DNA of 64,000 bases from an uncultured Acidobacteriota bacterium (GCA_963713825.1 CAVQNG010000003.1:1696001-1760000), one strand, 5' to 3'; shown: positions 53,301 through 62,966, numbered from the stretch's first letter. Translations and numbers: made by a program. Notes: generated by a model from the sequence alone, not told the origin.

Positions 53301-53361
53301 CCCCCGGTAGGAGGACCGCTACGGCGAGCAGCAGACTGAGCAACCGCGTGTTCCGGTTCAT
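50305..53361 (-). CDS. Secreted S8 subtilase (I9 prodomain, PA domain, Fn3-like)
   Basis: VIDSG, HGSHTAS, FSSRGP, KPDITAPG, GTSMSSPH; ATG 53361 after GGAGAGG; signal peptide. Confidence 0.93.
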   Translation of the reverse strand: MNRNTRLLSLLLAVAVLLPGAVLAEQTDAPDIDLLGRQEGVEKSEYGVYIVLMAQDPVIAYKGDEAGFKATKPGKGKKLNPKSFRVGKYAEHLKATHEASLEAAGIRPGAKIHSYTVALNGYAAMMSHEQALSVATQKDVLAVKPDVMRFAQTDSSPSFLGLTDAGGAWLKGFDGEGVVVGVIDSGIWPEHPSFADDGSFPEPPIELDDSRPNCEFGNTVHNPNDAPFTCNNKLIGARQMLDTYRSLIGADPAEYDSARDDNGHGSHTASTAAGNGGVFASIYGIPRGLVSGMAPRAHVVAYKGLGDLGGFTSDLAAAIDQAVFDGVDVINYSVGGGAGPPGADEIAFLFAAAADVFVATSAGNAGPGAATLGNPGTMPWMTTVGANTQSRFFQATVVLGDGTEYVGASITPGAAEAPLVDAEFAGGDLCLPGTLNPADVTGKIVLCRRGGSARAAKSQAVYMAGGVGTIFYNNSDVDNLASDSHWTPTVHIDQTPGLAIKAYIAAATSPTAEIVAEEYSEWPYAPSMAYFSSRGPNPVSPDIIKPDITAPGVQILAGNTPTPLESSAIQGELFQAIQGTSMSSPHVAGIFALIKQARPHWSAAMARSAMMTTAYQDVVDNDRVSPADPFDMGAGHINPGGKWRKGSIVHPGLAYDAGLFEYAAFTCGMEWDVFTPGSCDFLESIGVPSDPSDLNLPSIGIYELPGRQTVTRTVTSVAMEQGWRKYHAEVDAPPGYEVTVSPSKFKLKRGQTATYEVTITNVGAPIGEWRFGSLTWKDKTGHYEVYSPIAVNASLFYCPEELEGYGTTSDLSFDVMFGYTGSYTAAPHGFIPAIVTHDNVLQDPDQTFDPGDGFSNPHPLPVSGSAYLRFSMPPDATEADADLDLYLYDPLGNLAATSTEGGTDEQINILLPMDGTWTVWVHGWSTPGGDSDYYLYAWDIPLASGGSLKIDSAPSAATLGATGTIDVSWFNLWDGTLADWHLGAVSHTGDIGLMCLTLIDVDLRFPTARPQSGFGPSK

Positions 53362-53411
53362 GGAAACCTCTCCTTTCTGTTGGTTGTCCGAAAAGACAGC
53401 TCTTCCCACTG

Positions 53412-53512
53412 CCTTCGGTAGCCCGGCGGTCTTGGGATCCTAGGGGGATCGAGGAAGCGAGGATCCGTGGCTTTGTGCCCCCTGGTTTCCCAGGGTTTAC
53501 CCTTGTCGAGGT
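53412..53512 (-). ncRNA. c-di-GMP-I (GEMM-I) riboswitch aptamer
   Basis: Minus strand AAGGGUAAACCCUGG-GAAA-CCAGGGGGCACAAAGCCACGG...CCGGGCUACCGA follows the GEMM-I consensus; 5' UTR of the S8 gene. Confidence 0.8.
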
Positions 53513-53564
53513 ATGTAGAATCTACGCCTCTGGAAGGCGAAATTCAAGACCGAGGAGGTGATCC

Positions 53565-54368
53565 ATGGCAGATCTCGCGATCGCAGTCATCCATGGCATG
53601 GGCAGTCAGACGAGAGACTTCGCGGAACCGGTGATCGAGGAGCTCAGTCGGCGGGTCCAGAAGAGGGGAAAGGACCCGGCAAGGATTGCCTGGCAGCCGA
53701 TCTATTGGGCGGATCTTCTGGATGGCGCTGAGCTCGCCTACTTCAATCGGGCGAAGAACCGGGGCAGCCTCGACTATCTCCGGTTGCGAAGATTCGTGGT
53801 GACGGCTTTCGGGGATGCAGTCGCCTACCAACCCGTTGCGAGCCAGCACAACACGACCTACCAGGACGTTCACGGCCGGGTCCGTGAGGCGATTCACGAG
53901 CTGTACGTAGAGGGTCTGGGATCGAAGCCGAAGCCGCTGATCGTCCTCGCCCATTCCATGGGTGGGCACATCCTGTCCAACTACATCTGGGATGCACAGA
54001 AGGGTGGAGACACCAGCGTGCCGCCGTTCGAGCGCATGAGCTGGCTTTCTGGGATCGTGACCTTCGGTTGCAACATTCCTTTGTTCACCTTCGCCTACTC
54101 GCAGGTCGAGCCCATCGAGTTCCCGCCCTCGAGGCTACGCGACGATCTCAAGGAGAGGGCGAAGTGGCTCAACTTCTACGATCCCGACGACATCCTGGGC
54201 TATCCGCTGAAGCCGATCAGTGAAGGCTACGCCGAGGTCGTCACCAGAGACGTCGCGATCAATGCCGGAGGTGTCTTTTCGAGCTGGAACCCGCTCTCCC
54301 ACAATGGCTATTGGACAGACAACGACTTCACGAAGCCGGTAGCGCACTTCATCTCCAGCTTCCTCTAA
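53565..54368 (+). CDS. Alpha/beta-hydrolase-fold protein
   Basis: IHGMG, AHSMG elbow, W.NFYDPDD.LGYPL, SH..YW; RBS GGAGG. Confidence 0.8.
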   Translation: MADLAIAVIHGMGSQTRDFAEPVIEELSRRVQKRGKDPARIAWQPIYWADLLDGAELAYFNRAKNRGSLDYLRLRRFVVTAFGDAVAYQPVASQHNTTYQDVHGRVREAIHELYVEGLGSKPKPLIVLAHSMGGHILSNYIWDAQKGGDTSVPPFERMSWLSGIVTFGCNIPLFTFAYSQVEPIEFPPSRLRDDLKERAKWLNFYDPDDILGYPLKPISEGYAEVVTRDVAINAGGVFSSWNPLSHNGYWTDNDFTKPVAHFISSFL

Positions 54369-54382
54369 CCTCGGGCTATCTC

Positions 54383-55915
54383 TCAGCCACCGTTGATGAA
54401 GTCCACGATGTCGTCCGACAGGGCCTCGAGCGAGGGCTGATAGAGGTACATCATGTGGCCGCCTTCGTAATTCTTGATGATGAGGCGCTCGGGGTCGATG
54501 CCGCTGTGCTGGAGCATGTACTCCGTGGCGAAATACGAGGTCGTCAAGTCGTGATAGCCGCCGGCTGAGAACACCCTTAGCGCCTCGTTGTCCTTTGTCC
54601 CCTGGGCCATCTGTCCGGTTACGTCCACATAGCCGGCAAAGGCTCCGGAGCGATTCGACGGCCGCTTCCAATTCTGGTTGGCCTCGCCGCTCTGCCCGAC
54701 ATAGCGTTTGACGAGATCGACTCCCAGGTCATTTCGCAGGTAGCTCTGGAAGGTGGAGACATAGATCGGTCCGGTCTTGGCGGAGAAGGGGTCGCCGTCC
54801 GGGAACTCGGCCACGTCGTCGAGCTCGTCCTGGGTATAGCGCCCGTCGAGAAGGCCGACCGACAACCCCTCGTCTCGCAGTAGCTCCTTGATGAACCGAA
54901 TCGCGTAGATCCGCAGATCGCTACGCAGAATGTAGCTCTCGGACAGTCCTGTGTAACGGGCCAACTTGGCTGCTACCCGTTGCTTCTCGGCGGTGTCCAG
55001 AGTGTCGCCTTTGAAGAGAGCTGCCAGATAGTCGTTACCTGCGAAGGTTTCCACCTCGGCTAGCAGGGTCTCCAGGTCGGGCCATTCATCGGGCAGCTTG
55101 CCGTGATAGTAGGCCGAAGCCGCATAGGCCGGTAGGTGAGTGGCGTAGGGCAGGTCGTTGCCGGTCACGAAGAACGGCAGGGTACCCATGTTGAGGGCTG
55201 GCGAGACCAGGATCAGCCCGTTGAGGCCAATATTGAGCTCCTGCTGCAAGCGCGGTACCAGCAACGCCGTGCGAATGCCACCATAGCTCTCGCCGAGGAT
55301 GTACTTCGGTGAATTCCAGCGATTGTGCTGTGTGATGAAGGTGCGGATGAACTCGGCGACCGAGTCGGCGTCCTCGTTGTAGCCCCAGAAGTCCTCGTTT
55401 TTCTTCTCACCCAGGGCTTTGCTGAAACCCGTGCCGACGGGATCGACGAAGACGAGATCAGTGGCTCGAAGGAGGGTCCAGGGGTTGTCCTTGAGCCGGT
55501 AGGGCGGGCCGCCCGGATCGGAGGCATCGCTGGGAATGTCGATCAGCTTTGGACCGACCAGGCCGAAGTGCAGCCAGATCGAAGACGACCCGGGCCCGCC
55601 GTTGAAGATGAAGGTCACCGGCCTGTCCTCCGGGTTCTCGACCCCGTCCTGGGCATAGGAGATCGTGAAGAAGCTCGCCGTCGGCTCGCCTTCTGCATCC
55701 TTGAGGTAGATGTCCTCGGCGGTGACCGTGTAGCCGATGTCTGTGCCAGCGCTCTGAAGGCGGTGGCTGCTCTCGAACTTCAGCGGCTCCGGCGGCGCCT
55801 TGGCTTCCTTTTTGGGCTCTTCGGCTCCCTTTTCCTCCTGGGCGTAGGTCACAGCGGCGAAAGCGGAACAAGCGAAGACCAGAGACCACGTGATGGCGAG
55901 ACTTCTTTTGAACAT
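54383..55915 (-). CDS. S10 serine carboxypeptidase, exported
   Basis: FNGGPGSSS, DPVGTGFS, GESYGG, GGHMMY; start reassigned to MFKRS. Confidence 0.92.
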   Translation of the reverse strand: MFKRSLAITWSLVFACSAFAAVTYAQEEKGAEEPKKEAKAPPEPLKFESSHRLQSAGTDIGYTVTAEDIYLKDAEGEPTASFFTISYAQDGVENPEDRPVTFIFNGGPGSSSIWLHFGLVGPKLIDIPSDASDPGGPPYRLKDNPWTLLRATDLVFVDPVGTGFSKALGEKKNEDFWGYNEDADSVAEFIRTFITQHNRWNSPKYILGESYGGIRTALLVPRLQQELNIGLNGLILVSPALNMGTLPFFVTGNDLPYATHLPAYAASAYYHGKLPDEWPDLETLLAEVETFAGNDYLAALFKGDTLDTAEKQRVAAKLARYTGLSESYILRSDLRIYAIRFIKELLRDEGLSVGLLDGRYTQDELDDVAEFPDGDPFSAKTGPIYVSTFQSYLRNDLGVDLVKRYVGQSGEANQNWKRPSNRSGAFAGYVDVTGQMAQGTKDNEALRVFSAGGYHDLTTSYFATEYMLQHSGIDPERLIIKNYEGGHMMYLYQPSLEALSDDIVDFINGG

Positions 55916-56149
55916 GATGCTCCTCCGAATAGAGCCTTCTCTTGGGCAGAGACTTGACGGTGGAGTATACGTGCCTCGGCTGTCTGGGTTGCGCGACCCC
56001 CTATCGAGGTAGGCCATCCAATCAGGGGCGAAACGTTGAATCCCACCTGTTTGGGTGGCCCAATTTCGGCATCTCGAGACTAGACTGCGAACCTCAGCGT
56101 GCTACAGTCAAACGCACCCATCAAGACAAGACCCAAGGAGGCTCAAGTC

Positions 56150-58456
56150 ATGGCAGACCGATCGACACGGTGGTACTTAGTCGCAATCGCTCTCGCTCTG
56201 GTTCTCGTCGCATTTGGCGGACCCACGTTCGCTCAAGAGACGGCAGAGGATGCCGAGGAAGCTGCGGAAGAGGGCGACACTCTGGCAGCCGAAGAGGAAG
56301 CCATTCTGGACGAGATCGTCGTTACGGCACAGAAGCGTGAACAGAACATTCAGGAAGTGCCGATATCGATTACCAGCATGAACCGGGAGGAAATCGCGCT
56401 TCTCACGGTCAGCGCTCTCGATGTCCGCTTTCTTTCGGGTCGCGTTCCCAGCCTGCTGATCGAGTCCTCGTTCGGCCGCGCCTTTCCGCGGTTCTATATT
56501 CGCGGTCTCGGCAATACCGACTTCGACCTCAATGCCTCGCAGCCGGTCTCCATGGTCTATGACGAGATCGTCCTCGAGAACCCGGTCGTCAAAGGCATGC
56601 CGGTCTGGGATGTGGAGCAGATCGAAGTGTTGAGGGGTCCTCAGGGAACTCTGTTCGGGCGCAACACTCCCGCCGGCATCGTCAAGTTCGACTCGGTCAA
56701 GCCGTCACAGGAGTTCGACTCCTATGTCCGCGCCTCGTATGGCACCTTCGACAGCATCGATGTCAAAGGTGCAGTCGGTGGGCGGTTGACCGATACGTTC
56801 TCGGCTCGCTTCTCCGGCCTCTATCAGGGGCGTAGCGACTGGGTGGACAATGACTTCACTGGTGAGAAGAACGCTCTTGGTAGCAACGAGACCGTCGCCT
56901 ATCGGCTGCAGTTTCTTTGGGAGCCCAACGACCGGTTCGACGGCCTCATCAATCTTCATGGTTGGTCAGTGGATGGTACTGCGCGACTGTTCCGGGCCAA
57001 CGTCTTCGACAAGGGTTCCAACAGCGTCGTGGACAGCTTCAGTCGTGACAAGGTCGCCTACGACGGCCTCAACGACCAGCAGATCGACTCTTTCGGCGGC
57101 ATGATGAAGCTGAACTACGAGTTCGACTTCGGCACTCTGACTTCGGTCACTGGCTACGAAACTCTGGACATGTACAGCCGGGGCGACATCGATGGCGGCT
57201 TCGGAGCAGTCTTCGCGCCGCCGTCTGGGCCTGGTTTCATCCCGTTTCCATCGGAAAGCGCCGATGGCCTGCCGTATCTGGATCAGTTCACACAGGAGTT
57301 TCGACTCGCCAGCAACTCCGACCAGCGGCTGAGCTGGCTCGGTGGGCTCTACTTCTTCAACGAAGACCTGCAGGCAGATACATTCAGCTACAACACTCTC
57401 GGCGGCAACGAGCAGGACGGATACTCCTTCCAGAAGCAGACCTCCGACTCCTGGGCCGCCTTCGGTTCTCTGGATTACAATGCTACCGACCGGTTGAGCC
57501 TCCAGGGAGGGCTGCGCTACAGCAAGGACAAGAAGGACTTCTCTGCCGAGCGCCCGGACCCGACCTTCCAGACTCCAACCTTCGAGCCCATCACGGAGAA
57601 GACCGACTCCGATTTCACCAGCTGGGACCTGACGGCCAATTACATGGTGGGTGCCGACGTCAACGTCTACGGCCGGCTCGCCACCAGCTACCGGGCCCCC
57701 AGCATCCAGGGTCGTATCCTGTTCTGCGCCGACTTCGAGGGCGGTCTTAATCCCGACACCAACTGTGTGGACGTCGCCGATCAGGAGGAGATCTTCTCGG
57801 GTGAAGTGGGCGTCAAGACCGAGTTGCTCGATCGCACGCTGCGCTTGAACCTGGCGGCCTACACCTTCCAGCTCGACGGGCAGCAGATCGTGGCGGTCGG
57901 TGGTGTCACCAATACCGCTACGCTGCTCAATGCTGACAAGACCGATGGCTACGGATTCGAGGCTGACATCGATTGGGCCCCGAACCAATCGTGGCTGGCG
58001 ACCTTCGGCCTGAGCTACAACAGCACCGAGCTCAAAGACGACAATCTCACCGTGGCTGCCTGTGGTGGCGGTTGCACCATCACCGACCCGATCGCTGCCG
58101 ACGGCTCGGTGATCGTCAACGGCAACAGCCTGCCGCACGCTCCCGAGTGGATTTTCAACGGCATCGTCGACTACCGGAAGCCGCTCGGCAACAACCTCTT
58201 CCTGGCCGCTCTCGATTGGGCCTACAACAGCGAGAAGCGCTTCTTCCTCTACGAGTCGGAGGAGTTCAAGTCCGATTTCTTCGAGCTGGGTGTGCGGGTC
58301 GGTTACACTTTCGCTCAGGCCAAGTACGAGGTGGCGCTGTTTGGCCGCAACATCTTGGACGAGGTCATTGTCAACAACGGTATCGACTTCAACAACCTGA
58401 CGGGCATGGTCAACGAGCCCCGCATCTGGGGTCTCGAGTTCGTCGCCCGGTTCTAG
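56150..58456 (+). CDS. TonB-dependent outer-membrane receptor
   Basis: DEIVVTAQKREQ, IRG, IEVLRGPQGTLFGRN, terminal Phe; ATG after AAGGAGG. Confidence 0.93.
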   Translation: MADRSTRWYLVAIALALVLVAFGGPTFAQETAEDAEEAAEEGDTLAAEEEAILDEIVVTAQKREQNIQEVPISITSMNREEIALLTVSALDVRFLSGRVPSLLIESSFGRAFPRFYIRGLGNTDFDLNASQPVSMVYDEIVLENPVVKGMPVWDVEQIEVLRGPQGTLFGRNTPAGIVKFDSVKPSQEFDSYVRASYGTFDSIDVKGAVGGRLTDTFSARFSGLYQGRSDWVDNDFTGEKNALGSNETVAYRLQFLWEPNDRFDGLINLHGWSVDGTARLFRANVFDKGSNSVVDSFSRDKVAYDGLNDQQIDSFGGMMKLNYEFDFGTLTSVTGYETLDMYSRGDIDGGFGAVFAPPSGPGFIPFPSESADGLPYLDQFTQEFRLASNSDQRLSWLGGLYFFNEDLQADTFSYNTLGGNEQDGYSFQKQTSDSWAAFGSLDYNATDRLSLQGGLRYSKDKKDFSAERPDPTFQTPTFEPITEKTDSDFTSWDLTANYMVGADVNVYGRLATSYRAPSIQGRILFCADFEGGLNPDTNCVDVADQEEIFSGEVGVKTELLDRTLRLNLAAYTFQLDGQQIVAVGGVTNTATLLNADKTDGYGFEADIDWAPNQSWLATFGLSYNSTELKDDNLTVAACGGGCTITDPIAADGSVIVNGNSLPHAPEWIFNGIVDYRKPLGNNLFLAALDWAYNSEKRFFLYESEEFKSDFFELGVRVGYTFAQAKYEVALFGRNILDEVIVNNGIDFNNLTGMVNEPRIWGLEFVARF

Positions 58457-58493
58457 CTCGATTTCTGTGATCTGACGACAGCTACAATCCATC

Positions 58494-59954
58494 ATGGCTG
58501 TGACAAGGGATCTGGTGCGTACCTGCGCCAGATCCCTTTTTCTATCTCCGCTCCTCGCGCTGATGCTCGCGTGCCAGGCGCCGACGGCTGAAGCCCCGCC
58601 CGCTTCCGCGCGGGCCGACGCCACCGTGCTCCTGGTGATGGGCGGCACGATCGTCACCTTCGATCCCGACGGCAGGGTGATCGAGGATGGAGCAGTTGCA
58701 ATCGAGGACGGTCGAATTGCGGCTGTCGGTCCGGCGGCAGAGATCGAGGGCGCATACCCCGAGGCTCGGCGTATCGATGCCGAAGGCGGTCTCATTCTTC
58801 CCGGCCTGATCAACGCCCACACTCACGCTCCGATGGTCTTCTTCCGCGGGCTCGCGGATGACCTGGAGCTCATGGAGTGGCTCGAGGAAGTCGTGTTTCC
58901 GGCTGAGGCCGAGCACGTTGACGAAGGGCTCGTGCGGTGGGGCACCCGACTCGCCTGCCTTGAGATGCTCCGCGGTGGCATCACCACGTTTGTCGACATG
59001 TACTACTTTGACGACACGATCGCCGAGGAGGCCGAGCGCTGTGGGATGCGGGCCGTGGTCGGAGAGACGCTGATCGACTTTCCGGCTCCCGACAACAAGA
59101 GCTGGGAGGAGGCCATCGACTACACGCGGGCGTTCGTCGAGCGCTGGCGCGGGCACCCGAGGATCACCCCAGCGGTAGCACCGCACTCGCTGTACACGGT
59201 TTCGACAGAACACTGGCGCGAGGCTCATCAGCTGGCCGAAGAGCTGGACGTTCCACTCCTGACGCATCTGGCCGAGGGCCAGGCGGAAATCGACCGGGTG
59301 CTCGAGGCCACTGGGATGACCTCCATCGAGTACCTGGAGCACCTGGGCTTCCTGGACGATCGGCTGGTGGCCGCCCACGTGATCCTGCCAACACCCAACG
59401 AGATCGAGCTCCTGGCACAGCGCGGCGTCGGTGTGGCTCACTGCCCACAGTCGAACATGAAGATCGGCGCCGGGGTGGCACCAGTGCCAGCGATGATCGC
59501 GGCCGGCGTGGCCGTGGGGATCGGCACCGACGGCGCCGGCTCCAACAACGATCTGAACCTCTGGGAAGAAATCGACACAGCGGCAAAGCTGCACAAGCTC
59601 GAGAGTGGCGACCCAACCGTGCTGCCCGCCCGCCAGGCCTTGGGGATGGCCACCATCGAGGGTGCACGCGCCCTGAACATGGATGACGAGATCGGCTCAT
59701 TGGAAGTGGGGAAGCGGGCCGACCTGATCATCGTGGCAACCGATGGCCTTCACCAGCAGCCCCAGGATCCTGCCGCCAATCCATACGCCTTCCTCGTCTA
59801 TTCGACCAAGGCCTCTGATGTGAGGACCGTCATCATCGAGGGTCAGGTGGTTGTCGAGGACGGTGAGATCCTGACCCTGGACACCGCGGAAGTCCTCGAA
59901 AGGGCCGCCCACTACCGAGCCATTCTGACCGGTCCTCGAGATGAGCCCCGCTAG
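58494..59954 (+). CDS. MTA/SAH deaminase-like amidohydrolase with predicted lipoprotein signal
   Basis: PGLINAHTH, DMY, APHSLY, HLAE, AAH, HCPQSNMK, GTDG..SNN; N-terminal LMLAC. Confidence 0.85.
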   Translation: MAVTRDLVRTCARSLFLSPLLALMLACQAPTAEAPPASARADATVLLVMGGTIVTFDPDGRVIEDGAVAIEDGRIAAVGPAAEIEGAYPEARRIDAEGGLILPGLINAHTHAPMVFFRGLADDLELMEWLEEVVFPAEAEHVDEGLVRWGTRLACLEMLRGGITTFVDMYYFDDTIAEEAERCGMRAVVGETLIDFPAPDNKSWEEAIDYTRAFVERWRGHPRITPAVAPHSLYTVSTEHWREAHQLAEELDVPLLTHLAEGQAEIDRVLEATGMTSIEYLEHLGFLDDRLVAAHVILPTPNEIELLAQRGVGVAHCPQSNMKIGAGVAPVPAMIAAGVAVGIGTDGAGSNNDLNLWEEIDTAAKLHKLESGDPTVLPARQALGMATIEGARALNMDDEIGSLEVGKRADLIIVATDGLHQQPQDPAANPYAFLVYSTKASDVRTVIIEGQVVVEDGEILTLDTAEVLERAAHYRAILTGPRDEPR

Positions 59955-60097
59955 ATTGCGGGAATTTGCGATGGACCCGGAACTCACGACCGTGGCAAAC
60001 GAGGTCCCATCACTCTAGAATCCGGCCGCCACTCGGAGAAGTGTGGCTCCGACTATCCGGTCCCCGACCGGGGTTCGATCTTAGAGGGCACTTGACG

Positions 60098-60676
60098 ATG
60101 ATGATGCCAGACTCTGGTTTGTGGGCCCTTGTCGGGATTCCCGTCATGATCTTCTTCGCGCGGATCATGGACGTCACCCTTGGAACGATGCGGATCATCC
60201 TCGTTTCCAAGGGACAGCGAAGCATCGCACCGTTCGTAGGTTTCTTCGAGATTCTGGTTTGGTTGGTGGCGATCGGGCAGGTCGTCCAGAACCTGGACCG
60301 GCCGCTCAACTACTTCGCCTACGCCGGTGGGTATGCTGCAGGGACCTGGCTGGGCTTGGCTTTGGATGAGAAGCTTGCTCTGGGACTCCTCGCCGTGCGG
60401 ATTATCACGCGAAAAGACGCGCAGGAGCTCATCGAGAACCTCAAGGAGAGTCAGTTCGGTGTCACGAGCGTGGCGGCGCGGGGATTGACCGGGCGGGTTC
60501 GCTTGATCTTTACCGTGGTGCGGAGGCGTGAGCTGAAACAGGTGATGGCTGTCATCCGGGCCCACAACCCGCAGGCTTTTGTCTCGGTCTCCGATGTGCG
60601 CGTGGCGACCGAGGGGTATTTCTCACCAACCAGCTCGACCTACCCACGTCTACTAGACTCGCTGCGGAAGAAGTAG
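60098..60676 (+). CDS. UPF0316/DUF2179 membrane protein
   Basis: IFFARIMDVTLGTMR, GFFEILVW, YAGGYAAG..G, FGVT...G.G. Confidence 0.85.
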   Translation: MMMPDSGLWALVGIPVMIFFARIMDVTLGTMRIILVSKGQRSIAPFVGFFEILVWLVAIGQVVQNLDRPLNYFAYAGGYAAGTWLGLALDEKLALGLLAVRIITRKDAQELIENLKESQFGVTSVAARGLTGRVRLIFTVVRRRELKQVMAVIRAHNPQAFVSVSDVRVATEGYFSPTSSTYPRLLDSLRKK

Positions 60677-60718
60677 CGCCTCCTGTCGGACGAAGAGCGC
60701 GGCAATCGCGCCCTGTGC

Positions 60719-62950
60719 TCAGACGAGCTTGCCGGCGAACTCTCCAGCGTTACGAACGAAGACGGTGGTGTTCAGGCCCTCTGTCAGCTGTTCCATTCGC
60801 TCCGCGTATGCGGCCTCACCACCAACCGCGGGATCCTGAAGGCCGAGGAAGACCAAGTCGGCACCGGCACTGCAGCGGCGGATGATATCGGCAATCGATT
60901 CGTTCGGCGGCTTCATGAGGATCTCTGTGTCCGCATGAATGCGAACCTCTTGCAGCAGGGACTGCAACCCCTCCTGCTGGAGCTTCATCTCCTCTTCACT
61001 CCTCGAAATCGAGCGAATCACGATTCTCGCGTCGCTCCACTCCAGGTTCAGGCTGAGCAGGTAGGCGAGCATCAACATCATGTCCCCGTTATTCTCCAGG
61101 CCACCCCACCACAAGTCGATGCGCTTTTCCTGCCCTGGTTCGTGGGCCCAGTTGAGCCGCGCTATCAGAGTGCTCTTGCCGACTTTCGACAAACCCCGCG
61201 TGATGCGCAGCCAGGCCTCCAGCCGGCCTGGTTTCTGGGGCCAGCCCACGAGGACGGTGTTCGATTGCAGCCCGGCGATGCCATTGGCCTGTACAGCATC
61301 GATAACGCCGTGCTCGAAGTCATGGACGACATTCACCTCGCTGAATGCGACAAGCGCATTGCTGTCGAGTGCCCGGTCCATCTCGTCGTGCCACTGCTCG
61401 ACGTCGAAGTCCTCCTTGGTCAGGTCGCCGACCACCAACTGACTCGCGGTGACGATGCCACGGCCCTGGTTGAACCAGTTGGCAAGGCGTACGAGCCCGA
61501 TTCTCTTGTCGGGATCGCCGACGAACACGAGGATGTGCGGGCGCCAGTTGCGAGGATCTCGCCCATGCGACCGCAACTTCAGCAATGCAACTCGGGCGAT
61601 CGACATCCACACGCCAGCCCTCGCGTCGCCCCAACGTCGCTGCAGGGAGCGCCGCCGCAAGTACAGGTACAGCGCAGACTCGAGGCCGATCGCGATCACG
61701 CAGGCGACAGGGCTGATCAGAAACATCACGATAATAGCGCTCGCTGATCCGAGCAGAGAGGCGGCCCACGGAACCTTGATGGTCGGACGGTAGGACGGGT
61801 CGCCGGAGATCTTCTCTGCGGCGGCGCTCAAGTTGATGGTCACATAGAGAGTCAGAAAGAGAATGGTGACGAACTGCGCGACGGCGTTCAGTCCCCCGAG
61901 GGCGACCGCGATGAGCGCGATTGCACCGCTGATCCAAGTAGCGATGGTCGGCTGACCGCTCCTCGACAGGCGTGCCAGGAATCGCGGGGCCAAGCCGTCC
62001 TTGGCCAGCGCCTGCAGCACTCGAGGCCCTCCTAGGGCACTGCCGAAAGCCGACGACAGGATGGCTCCCAGCATTCCAGGAAAGACGAGCCAGACACCGA
62101 GAAAAGCCACAGCAGTCCAGGCGCCGACTCCCGGAACCGCCAGTTGCTCCGGACTCAGTCCGACTGTCACCGCTAGCAGTATCGGTACCAGCAGGTAGAC
62201 CAGTGTACCGGTCAGAACTGCCAGCAAGGTGCCGGCAGGGATCGAGCGTCGCGGGTTCTTCAGATCACCGCTCAATCCGATACCAGCCGTGAAGCCCGTT
62301 ACGGCTGGGAAGAAGACCGCGAAGACGTACCAGAATCCACCGCCGGCGCTGCGATAGGAGGGGGTGAGTGACGGAGCGTGAAAACCGTGAGCCAGGACGC
62401 CGGCCGTCAGGGCAATGAGAGAAGCGCCAACGGCGATCATGATCGGTATCTGGAGGCGCAGTGCCAGCCCCGCACTCTTCCCGGCCACGGCGGTGATGAC
62501 CACCACCGTCAGGGCAGCGATCAGTTGAACCAGCCTCGGGGACCCACCGTCCATTTGTGCTGGCAGTAGGGCGACGATGGCCTCGGCCAGACCAAAGGCG
62601 TAGAAAGTGATGCTCAGCGTGCGGCAGAGATAGAGAGGAATGCCGATAGCGCCACCCAGCTCGAGACCGAGACTGTGGGCCACCATGTAGTACTCCCCAC
62701 CGACCCCAACCCGCATGTTGGTGGCCAGGGCCGAGGCGCTCAGGGCCGTGATGAAGGTAACCGAGCTGGCGAGGAGCACGATCAGGACGGTCAGGGGCAG
62801 ACCCACGTTGCCCACGACCCAGCCGAAGCGCAGGTACATGATGAGGCCGAGAATCGTCAGGACACTCGGAGTGAAGACACCGAGAAAAGTGCCGAACTTC
62901 TCAGCTGGTGGATGCTCTGTGGCGGGGCCGCTCAGCTCGTCGCTGTCCAT
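60719..62950 (-). CDS. Cation-chloride cotransporter (SLC12-like) permease
   Basis: KFGTFLGVF.PS.LTILG, GGEYY, FAVFFPAVTG, SGDLK.P..SIP.G, RNWRPHIL, IDLWWGG. Confidence 0.88.
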   Translation of the reverse strand: MDSDELSGPATEHPPAEKFGTFLGVFTPSVLTILGLIMYLRFGWVVGNVGLPLTVLIVLLASSVTFITALSASALATNMRVGVGGEYYMVAHSLGLELGGAIGIPLYLCRTLSITFYAFGLAEAIVALLPAQMDGGSPRLVQLIAALTVVVITAVAGKSAGLALRLQIPIMIAVGASLIALTAGVLAHGFHAPSLTPSYRSAGGGFWYVFAVFFPAVTGFTAGIGLSGDLKNPRRSIPAGTLLAVLTGTLVYLLVPILLAVTVGLSPEQLAVPGVGAWTAVAFLGVWLVFPGMLGAILSSAFGSALGGPRVLQALAKDGLAPRFLARLSRSGQPTIATWISGAIALIAVALGGLNAVAQFVTILFLTLYVTINLSAAAEKISGDPSYRPTIKVPWAASLLGSASAIIVMFLISPVACVIAIGLESALYLYLRRRSLQRRWGDARAGVWMSIARVALLKLRSHGRDPRNWRPHILVFVGDPDKRIGLVRLANWFNQGRGIVTASQLVVGDLTKEDFDVEQWHDEMDRALDSNALVAFSEVNVVHDFEHGVIDAVQANGIAGLQSNTVLVGWPQKPGRLEAWLRITRGLSKVGKSTLIARLNWAHEPGQEKRIDLWWGGLENNGDMMLMLAYLLSLNLEWSDARIVIRSISRSEEEMKLQQEGLQSLLQEVRIHADTEILMKPPNESIADIIRRCSAGADLVFLGLQDPAVGGEAAYAERMEQLTEGLNTTVFVRNAGEFAGKLV

Positions 62951-62966
62951 GGATGAGGTCCCTACT

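Noticed and set aside
56966-58822. 618-aa minus-strand ORF
   Set aside because: Antisense shadow of the TonB receptor and deaminase; no motifs.
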